Assembly (NCBI GenBank): GCA_021613535.1
Contig: CP075497.1
Location: forward strand, 11,346,001 to 11,410,000
Source of the DNA: Adineta vaga
Lineage: Eukaryota; Animalia; Rotifera
Reading direction: 5' to 3'
Length of the DNA: 64,000 bases
The first letter of the stretch is position 1; each line of letters starts with the position of its first letter. Below the pieces are notes generated by a model. It had not been told where the DNA came from. It ran no database searches and saw only the letters and a list, made by a program, of their open reading frames with translations. The position numbers and the translations under genes were made by a program. Positions 12,085 to 22,746 of the stretch are shown here, one piece after another.

Positions 12085-12867
12085 ATGTCTCATTCAAAAA
12101 TTAGTCTCGATGAAGTGATTCGTTTCACATCACGCACAGCTGGTAGAGACAAAATTTATCGAACAATTCAATATGCTTCACGCTTTCTTGCATGGTACTA
12201 TATAAAGAAACGACAAGTTGGTGGTGCTGCACGACTCGTTGAAATCTTTCAAAATTTAGAATCAGTAATGAGTTTAACTCGTAAAGGTAAATACAAAAAT
12301 AGATGAAGAAAATTTTCATCTAATTTGTTTGTTTGTTTTTTGCTTTGGTTTAAAGGAATGCGTCTTGGTCGTTTTGTTGATTATATAAAGAGTGTTTTGG
12401 AAAGTTTTCATATTCGTAATAAACGTATTGGAACATTATTTGGTTTAATTGCTGTTTGTCAAGGTTTATTTATGTTATTGGATAATATTCTATTACTTCA
12501 TCGATTTAAAATTATACATTTAACCAATCCTCAACATTTACAACACTATCTTTATCAAATATGGCTTCTTTGGATATCTTTTGCTTTAACACGAGATTAT
12601 TATGAAATTCAAGCTTCATTTGCTATCGGACAACATCATCAATATCAACAAAAACAAGATAAATCATTAATTCGACGGGCAAATCTATTTTTAGCAAACA
12701 AACCGTTAGTTATTGATACAGTAAAAAATCTTTGTGATCTTTATATTCCCTTATCAAATTTGAATATTGTTCATGCAAATACTGGTTTACAAGGTCTTGC
12801 TGGAACAATTTCATCGATATTGGGTTTCTTACAATTATGGGATAAAAGTTATCAATTATCGTCATAG
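12085..12867 (+). CDS. PEX11: Peroxisomal biogenesis factor 11, 2 coding exons
   Basis: RTAGRDKIYRTIQYASRFL...SLTRKGMRLGRF...DTVKNLCDLYIPL...GLAGTISSILG, all PEX11 motifs. Confidence 0.92.
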
Positions 12868-13001
12868 ACATACAGCAAAAGAAATAATATTGAGGATGAC
12901 TTTATTTTTATTTTTACTGTGATTTGTATTTGTTCGATTTCGTTTATATAAATATGTAATTTGTGCAAAACATTTATATAGTCTGGATATTGTTTTTCTA
13001 G

Positions 13002-13655
13002 ATGGAATTACCGGAAATTTCTTATAAAAAATCCGATTTTATTGAAACAACGTCAGGTAAAAACGATACATTTCAAATTCATTTTCGATCTATTAAAGTT
13101 TTTTTTAGGCAACAAAGTTTGCCGCCGTTCAATTATGTGTGGCTCACAAAATATTGTTCTTCAAGGAAAAACAATCGTTATGGCTGATTGTATTGTTCGT
13201 GGTGATTTAGCTGCTGTTAAAATTGGTAAAAATTGTGTTATTGGCGAGAAATGTGTTATCCGACCACCTTTTAAAAAATTCGCCAAAGGTGTAGCGTTTT
13301 TTCCCATGCAGATCGGTGATCATGTCTTCATCGAAGATGAATGCGTTATCAATGCTGCATCAATCGGATCCTATGTACACATTGGAAAGAATAGTGTTAT
13401 TGGTAGACGATGTATTATTATGGATTGTTCGTATATCTTACCGAATAGTGTTATACCACCGGAGACTGTGATTCCTTCGTATAGTAAGTGAAAAGAAATT
13501 TGAATTGAATGGATTGAGAGATATGTGCTCTTATTTTTGTAGCTATTTATGGAGGATCACCGGCAGCTTTGATAGAAGATTTTCCAGAAACAGCGAAAGA
13601 ATTGATGATTGATGTAACACAATCGTTTTATCAAAATTTTAAACCAATTGTTTAA
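13002..13655 (+). CDS. DCTN5: Dynactin subunit 5 (p25), 3 exons
   Basis: [42 protein letters not shown]...[16 protein letters not shown] with left-handed beta-helix hexapeptide repeats. Confidence 0.96.
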
Positions 13656-13862
13656 AAGTTCGGTGTTTTGTTCAGATATTTGTGGTGAGAGATGGTTGAT
13701 GTTTTATTATTTAATAAGAACAAGATCTTTTCGGGGAAATTGTATTTTATATATTGATTATTATTATTATTATGAATATAACAAATCTTTAAGAAAAAAA
13801 TAAACTTTTAACTAATGATAAAAATACGATATGAAATTATGTCTTTTTTTTATCGTGTTGAT

Positions 13863-15257
13863 TCACATTTTGCATTGATGATTGAGAATAGTTTCAATTG
13901 CTTGCAATAGACGAACACTACGTGGATCTAATGTTGGTACACTGAAATCGAGATAGTTGCACACATGAGCAAAACTTATTTGTTGAGGAGGATATGCCAT
14001 TGCACAACTGCCACCCATACCTATACAAAAGCAGAGTATATCAATGATCAGAACAGCGAATCTGAAGTGTCAATCTTACCTTTGTGACCAAATACTTCAG
14101 TACCGAATGCTTTGAAAAAGTTGCCATAAGTATGAAAACCACCCTTAGCAAAGTTTGATGTTACACCAAAGAGAACACAATCAGGTTCACCTGTTGGTGT
14201 AACACTTGTTGTCGCTTGTGACAATGTATTTTCACTTATCAGACGATCTTTCTTTTCACCATTTTCATTGATATCACTCATAAGTCGAGCATAGATTCTA
14301 GCTAAAGTTCGAGCATTGGTAATTCCATTAGCAGCAGGAATTTCTGCACGATGAAGTTGAGTTTTGTTAAATATCGAATCAGTAGAAGTCGGTATGTCAA
14401 TAGCAAAAGCACCACTACAAGTTAAAGCTTTTTGAGTAAGTAAATTCATTGGTGGTAAAGCAATAGGATTCAGAGTAATCTTTGAATGAAAAATATCACA
14501 GTTTCATTTGGAAAAAGTGATTTTATTTATTAATACATACTTTCTTAATCAATGGAGCTACACGTGCTTCAATTTCATCGTCAGAAACACCAACATAAAA
14601 TTCGTTATCTAACTCTTCACGAACAAATGTACCAAATGAACGATGTTTAGGATCAACACGATGGATTAATTCTCCAGCAAGAAAACCAATGGTAATAACA
14701 TGATAGCCGTGAACAGTTCCTGGCTCCCATAATGGTTTTTGAGCTGCTAATAACGAAGTCATTCGAGACCAATTACATACATCATCGAGTGTCAATTGTT
14801 CATCAACACATGGCAAACCACCTCGATGTGATAATAATTCACCAACAGTAATATTCTAAATAAACAAACGTTTACACCCATCAATCATATTCTTCTCTCA
14901 ACTATATACTTGTTTTCCATTAGCAGCAAATTCCGGCCAATACTGTGCAACAGGTGCATCATAATCAAGCCAACCTCGATCTACACATAATGCAATTGCT
15001 GCAGCCATAATTCCTTTCGATGTTGAAAAAACTAATTGTAATGTTCGTGATGTATATAATTGTTCTTTATTTTCTATATCTTTCCATCCACCATATAAAT
15101 CTACAACACATTCTCCTCGATGATAAACACAAACACTTGCACCAACATCCAATCCATCAATAAAATTCTGTTCAAACACAGTACGTACATTTTCCCAGCC
15201 TGAAGCTACATAACCATGAATGTTAATATCGTTTGTACAATTATTATTATTTGTCAT
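13863..15257 (-). CDS. Beta-lactamase-family serine hydrolase (class C beta-lactamase/family VIII esterase-like), 4 exons
   Basis: GASVCVYHRGECVVDLYGG, catalytic SxxK (FSTSKG), DAPVAQYWPEFAANGK, LLSHRGGL, PLWEPGTVHGYH, AEIPAANG, FGHKGMGGS. Introns at 14856-14909, 14480-14540 and 14021-14079. Confidence 0.93.
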
Positions 15258-15709
15258 TAAAAATATCACTGAGTTGCTTTTCGAATACTTTTGCACACAC
15301 GTGTAATCTACAAAACAAAATTTATACCTGTCTTATATACACCTTAAGAAGAAAAAAAGAATATAATCTCGTATTTTTTTCTTTCCTTTGTTTCATAATA
15401 CCTGACTTAACAAATATCTATTGATGTCGTAAATTTCTATTTGACAACTCAACGAGATATTTCATTGATGAAGTTAGGTACTTCGAATCAATTGTTATCA
15501 ATATCATTCCTTTAATTTCGTTCGAATTCGACGTAAAAAGGAATTTCAAGCTGGTACCAACTTGTAATGAGAGCATTGATAAAAAGAAAATGTTCGATAC
15601 TCTTTTATTTCATAGGACTATTGCTTACATTCATGTCTTTTTTCGGTAACAGATTGAATTGATTCTATAGTGAGAATCAAAGAAATATCTTCATGTCAGG
15701 TAATCTTAG

Positions 15710-17265
15710 AATATTTTAAGCAATGTTTGCAAGATTTCAACCTACAAAAATCGTCAAAATAATTGCAAGTCTCATTTTCATATTGATTATTACACAATAC
15801 TTTTCTGTGTTCACATTCCAATTCAAAGTTTAACTTATTCTTTTGATGCTGATTTAACACTAAACGAATTTCATAAAGCCAAACTTGAAGAACTTCATCT
15901 AGAAAATAAATATCAATTAACAGCAATTATAATCTATTCAAAACACTTATCCGACGTCAGACGATTAGTTCGATATTACCTTAACACCGAACTTTTCAAA
16001 CAAATCATCATTTGGAATAGTAATCAATTAGTCAATCTGACTATCAATCATCTTCTTACAGAAAATTCTTCGCTTATTCCAATTCAAATTATTAATTCAA
16101 AAGAAACTTCAAGAGATGAAACTAAATATCGTGCATGTGCATTGGCTCAAACACTCGCCTGTTTCTATGCTGATGAAAAATGGAATACAACGAGTTATAT
16201 TCGAAATCTTATTTCAACTTTTCGATCCGATCCAAATGTATTACATACAGCTACAGATTTAACAACGTATTATAACAATATGCTATGGACATATTTCGAT
16301 ACTAATATCAATTTACATGCCGGATTTTCATGGATGGGTACAGGAAGTATTTTCTTACGTGAACATGCTCAACGGCATCTTCGATTTCTTCAAATACATT
16401 TGAAAGATAATCCAGGTTAATATTTTTATTGATTATTTCGAAAAGAATTTTTTTTATTTTAGAATTATGGGCATTTAGTGATGTATTTTTTTCAATTTGG
16501 CTCAATGATATTCCAACACAATTAATCGTTACTCTCTATCCATTAACTATCGATCAAAATGAACAAACAAACGGAAATTTATCATCAAATCAAATCGTTG
16601 ATTTACAACGTACAAGTTCGATATTTGCTATTCGAAGATTAGAATATTCATTACGTTTAAATCAATCGAATACTAATCTCACTTTTTCTCGATATCAATC
16701 TCGTCGATTTCCATATCTAACTAAATCATCGAATTCAAATGATAATTTTATATTCTTTAGTAATATTCTTCCAATTGATATCGAACATATTCCATTTGAT
16801 ATTAGTATCGATGTTGAACGAGCTACCTATGCAAATATTCCACGTGGACCCAATTTTATCCATTTCGTCAATCATAATACTTTGAAAGCAACCGATAACG
16901 ATGACAGAACATGTTGGTATCCGAGAAAATCAGTAGAAAAAGGTGATTTCTTTGCAATTGATTTCCTTTCCATACAAACCAACTTAACAATTGTACTCAT
17001 GATGAATCATAGTGAAAAACTACAGAATACTTTAGATATTCGCCTGTCATTTGATGGACAATGGTGGATATCATATCCATTTGCTATTCAAAAAAATTCG
17101 AAGACAAATAATGCAATAATTCGAGGAACTTTACGTCGATTAATTATTGATTCTCGACAATTTCCTCCTGAATTACGTTCTTTTCGTTACATCGCATTCA
17201 ATGCAACTACTCATTTTCACGAGAATTTCTCGGTATGCGATGTGAAAATCTTTAAAAATCTTTAA
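15710..17265 (+). CDS. GT-A/glycosyltransferase-like protein with C-terminal discoidin(F5/8C)-like domain; 5' end unresolved
   Basis: Open frame LTAIII...FKQIIIWNSN...IQIINSKE...KYRACALAQTLACFYADEKW...LHAGFSWMGTGSIF...SDVFFSIWLND, then KATDNDDRTCWYP...FAIDFL. A possible signal-anchor exon starts at 15567, but I could not make its splice phase fit. Confidence 0.65.
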
Positions 17266-17322
17266 TAATATTATTAATAAATTTATATTTATGTCTATGA
17301 TTATACAAAGAGAGAAGAGAAT

Positions 17323-18467
17323 TTACATAAGTTTCTTTTTCGAATGTAATAATTTTCGAATACGTTGTGTAATCTTTCGTTTAGTATTCAATTCCATAAT
17401 ATTTGTTATGATATGTATTAATGGTATGTAAGAAACGACATTAAATGTAACACTTCGTTCCATTTCATGTTCAATTTGTTCTAATTGTTGTCGAACTTGT
17501 TTAACTTCTTCACGTATTCGAATTTCTTGTCGTTTCATTTGTTCAATGGTTAAAATATGATTCGTTTCGATTGTTAATAAAGTTTGTTCATGAATTTGTT
17601 CGAGTTGTCTGGTAGAGTGTTGATAAGATTCTTCTAAATCTTGACAATGACGAATTTGTTTTTCATATAAATGTGTTAAATGATGATTTTCAGTTGTTAA
17701 TTGATCAATTTGATGTTTATAATCGAAACAACGTTCTTCCATTTCTTTTGTTCGTCGAATCAATCGATAAGCATCTTGAAGATTTTGACAATTAAAACGT
17801 TGTTTTGGTTGAAATTTATTCAGACATGTCGTCAGAACTGCCTTGGATAATTCACGACGACGATGATCCGTAGGTGATACATCAATAAAAATGACTCGAT
17901 TATCAAATTTGTCTAAGATATACGAATATTTATCATTATGATGTAATTGTTTTAAAAGAGATTGTCTTTGTTCACTTTCGTCGATATTAACTTGTTCAAG
18001 ATTTTCTAATGAATAATCTGTTATGACTAAACAGGAATTTTCATAAGCATCGATTGATAAAATTCGTTTATAAATATCGAGAAATAGATTCAAATCTGTT
18101 GAATTCATTGCACCATATCTTATAAAATAAAATAAGATATCAATGCCTGATGAGAGTGAAATGAAAAAATCGACTAAAGATAAATGAGATGAATCACCAC
18201 CGCGTGTATCACCAAAACCAGGTGTATCAATAAAATTTCCCGAAGAAAAACATTGACATGTTGTACTGGATATTCGATTTCCAATTGGTTGAGAAAGACC
18301 AGTCATTAAGTTAAATGTACTAGTCTTACCAGTATCAGTTCGACCCAAAAGAGCGACGAGTTTTTCTCGTTGTCGAATTCTAGAAAGAATATCAAATCGA
18401 GAACGGATAGACGAACAAAATCGAATACTAACGTGACATTTTCAGCATTGTCGAAGCATGGAGGCAT
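17323..18467 (-). CDS. AIG1/GIMAP-like P-loop GTPase with C-terminal coiled coil, 2 exons
   Basis: MPPCFDNAENVT|IRQREKLVALLGRTDTGKTS (G1), SSTTCQC (G2), FIDTPGFGDT (G3), GIDILFYFIR.G, CLVITD, FDNRVIFID, followed by a ~110-aa heptad-rich region. Confidence 0.85.
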
Positions 18468-18682
18468 TATGATAAATGTGATTCTTTTCTTTCGTCTATT
18501 TATATTTTTCTATATGATCAGCTTTGTTGAAAAGAAGTTTAACGATATTCGTTAGATGTCATCATATTGAATAGTACGTGTGACAAATCATCAGATATAT
18601 ATGTTTGAAAATGTTTATTTAATTACAGAGAATAGAAAAATGAGATATACATATATAAACAAAAGAGAAAAGAAGATAGTGT

Positions 18683-20086
18683 TCACCGGCCATGATGACT
18701 TGGCGGTTGTTGATGAGTCGCTTTATGTGTTGCAAGTGTTCGTGATTGACAAAAACCTTTGCCACAATCTAAACATTTGAATGGTTTTTCTAAAACAAAA
18801 GAAATTTAGTAAAATTTGATTTAAATCAATCCGATTTACCTTTTGAATGTGTATATCTAAATAGAAAAGGAAAGATGTGAGATGAGAATGTTAAGAATGA
18901 CGAAAACATACTTATGATCACGTAAATGATCTTGTCGTCGAAATGATTTAAAACATAAGTCACATGTATATGGCCGTTCATCTGTATGAGTTCGTACGTG
19001 AATTAATAAATTATAAGATTTGGTGAAATGTCGATTACAATATTGACAAATATGTTCTTTTGCTCGTTTTTTTCTACAAAGATAACGATGAATATTCGAA
19101 AGAAATAACGCGAAAGTTCGATTACCGTTTGATACCATGATTTTTAATTGAATTTTCTGATGGAAATGATCGTCGAGATAGTTTATTTAATGTATTTCGA
19201 TTGGGAATTAATACTGGATGAAATGCAGAACGTGTTGACGAATTTCTAAGAATGAATAATGATTGGTGGAAGAAAAAAAAACTTACAAATCACTTTAGCT
19301 CGAACTTTTATTTGTTTTCTTCTAATTATCAAGAGAAAGTGAATAGAGGCGTCAGTCATTTGCTCCTCATCTTATCTCGATAGTCTCAATTATCCGATAA
19401 CCATCTTCTCCTCCTTCTCATTTTCTCGCATTCGAATGTAATAATGACAACAACTCAACTAATCTTTGCCCCAGAAGTCCAAACAAATAAATAAACAATA
19501 CATACGATGTTGACTTCGATGCAAGTAAAGAAACACCACTTGTGATAGCAGCTGGCGATGGTGTTGATGATACTGACAAATCAATTTTGTTACTACTAGT
19601 GTTCAATGATAGAGAAGAATTAGAATTCTCTTCTTTATCTCGAATAGCTTCATCAGCTAATTTAGCAAAATCGAAACGTTTTGATGGAAGAGTTGCTTTA
19701 CGTTTTTGTAATGATTCTGAAAAAGAAATGTGAAGAAAGGGAAAAGAAATTCATGAAAATTTACCATGTGAACTAGATGATCGTTTGATCCCACGATCAA
19801 TAATTTGATGTGATGATATTGTTGGACTGGATTGATTTTGAAGAGCCAATAAATGAGGAAAATAAAAATGATAAAATGTTTGAGCTGCAATTGTGGATGG
19901 TGAATGTTTACGTAAATCGATTGGATTAAAATTTTGTGGAAGTGGAAGAGGTGGTGTAGGTGGATAAATATTAATCAATGTACGAATTTGTGTATTATTT
20001 AATGCAATAGCCGGCATTGATGAGCGTATTAAAGGACAAAATTTATTCGAATTGGAGATAAATGTCTGTAAAAATAAATCAATCAT
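18683..20086 (-). CDS. odd/Osr: Odd-skipped family C2H2 transcription factor with three fingers; true start codon uncertain (~20.1-20.2 kb)
   Basis: Fingers [75 protein letters not shown], plus the OSR-type motif KRFDFAKLA at ~19655-19685. Confidence 0.93.
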
Positions 20087-22746
20087 TTATTTTCTGACAT
20101 TTTAACAGATATTTTGATGCTTCTGAACTGATCATAAACATATTCTGGAATAATAGTGATGGAAAGAGAGGAAGAGAATGAGAGAATGTATGTCATAAAT
20201 GAAGGCACAATTATTGCTCTCATAGCAAGTATCGTTTTTTTTTATAACTGAGTTGCTATTTATCTGGACTTGTTGATATCATACATATAAACCTACCGAG
20301 TATGGTTTTCGTTAAGATTTGAAGTTGATTTGAGGAAGGAGAAAAAAAATCGAGCGTTTTTATGCCATTGAGATATCAGAGATTGTAAGAAGTGCTGTTG
20401 AATATCTGATAATGGTCTTTCTTTACCCTCTCTCTCTCCCTTTCTCTTTCACTTTTTTCCTCTCGCTCTCTCGGTGTGTTGTTATATGATGATGAATATG
20501 AGTAGTCGAGCTCGCTCCTGGTTTGTTCGAAAAAAAGAAAAAGCCAATCGGTAGAGCAGTAGCAACCAATGAAAATAATTCACCAATAAAAATTCATCTA
20601 TCGATAGAAAAAAAAAACTGCAGAAGATTGAATGTATGCATATAGACATATCGAATTAATAATGACAAGCAGCGGCAAGTGTCTCTCTCTCTCGCGCACG
20701 CTTTTTTTGTCTTAAGTTTGAAACCTGTATATGTGTGTGTGAAAGCTAATCTGATAGTAATGATATTATTGATAACAGTGAGAGACCACTTTGGTCAAGT
20801 ATTTACCAAAGTAGACGATTTTAACTTGACTATTGCCAAGGAAAGATTTGAATATGAAACGATTTAACTTTTATGGATAATCTCAGCATGACAATTAGCA
20901 TGTTTTGCTTTTGATCAAATGAAACAAATGCGAGGATTCACACATTGATAATTTTTTTTTCGATATTTCCAGTTTGTTTCCATATATTTATCTTCTTAAT
21001 CTCTCACGTACGTTTGCCGACATGAAGTCAATCATCCACGCGCACATATTTTACGTTTCCTTTAGATATGAGCACGTTTCATCGATGTAATCCTTGTATC
21101 TTCATCTCTTTGAAACGACAAATTAACTCGATTCTATACAATCATAAAACACTTCCTAACTCTCCCTCTCTCTCTCACTCATTCACTACTGCTTGCTTGA
21201 TGAAGCAATCTTTTTTTTTGTGTCTATGTATTTTTATCGAAGCAAGATGTTGATCACTTGAATCAAATGAGTGTGATAAAATTTCACACAAATTTATTTC
21301 ATCTTTTGAAGATTTGTTCTCTTCATTGACTTATCCAATCATTTTAACAGCTTTTTAAAGACTAATCAACTCGAACGATACTCATACAATATTGATTTGA
21401 CACATCACACAGATGAGATTCTTTTTCTTGAGTGCAAACGAAATAAAATCGACAATGAACTTGCGTAAGTGAGCAAATAACAAGTGCGAAAGATGAAAAC
21501 ACGCCGTTTACATTTCAACTTAACATGATCTGTTTTAACACTAAAACTTGCATAAAATTTCCTCAAATACATTTTTTCATCAATAATATTCCATTGAATA
21601 AGAAATCGAATCGAACGAATATGGCGTTGATTATTTAGAAGATCAAAGTCCAATGATATATTTTTTTTCTCTACTACACGCAGTCTTTTGTATTCTTTAA
21701 TTGAAACGTTTGTACCGCATGAAATTCATTTTTTCTTCTTCTCACTGTCCCGACTCGAGTTACATCGACTTTCAACATATTTCGTGGACAGTCTTCTTCT
21801 GTTGTCTCTCTTGTCCATCATTATCGTGTTTGTGTTTTACAGAACATGCATAGATGAAACGGTATTCAATCGGTACACATGTTGGTAATTACGAACAAGT
21901 GAATGTATGAAAACCAAGAACGAAACTGATCATGATTATGACATATTGTTAAGAGAAAGAGAAGAGATCAAGTGATATATATATATATATATTTCAATGC
22001 ACATACGGGGAGAGAAATTCAGACTGCTCAGTTTTCGTACCGTGCGAACGATTGTGATGAGTATGTGTTCATGGACAATGATGATAATAGACAGAAAAAA
22101 AAGGATTCATCATCGATCACATTCTATGAAAATATTTTCAATTATAATTAAAGGTGATATCTTTTATCGTTGCCTCTATAGATTGACCATAGTATTTTAT
22201 TAGAAATATACTTTTCAAATTGAAATAGTGCTTAACATTTGATAAAGTAAAGGATATCATTAGTCAACAATCATTTTAACCCATCAATAATACAACTCAA
22301 ACAAAATTGATGAATGATTTGTAAACTCAACCAGAATGTCAATTCAATGTTCATAAAATCTATAAAAACAGAAGAAGTGTCTCGCCATATTCATAAGTAA
22401 ATATTTGGTAAATAGTGAGTTACATGGATAAGAACATAACAGAACGCTTCTACAATGATTTCTAAGAATAATTTTCACGTGTTTTGATATTTTCACCTTT
22501 GATGATCAACGAAAATATTCGAACTTGTCGTAATGTGACATCTATTGTAGAAAAAGGTGAGTTGCATATTTTCCTACAATAATACTCATTCTCCAAATGA
22601 TTAATATCGAAAATTTCCTTTATTGGAAAAAAACCTTGAGATTTGATATACTGATAAACAATATCTGTCGAAAGCGTTTACAAAAAAACAAACTTTTCCT
22701 TTAGCTTTTTTATGTCTTTTTTTCACGAAATATCAAAACTTTAAGA

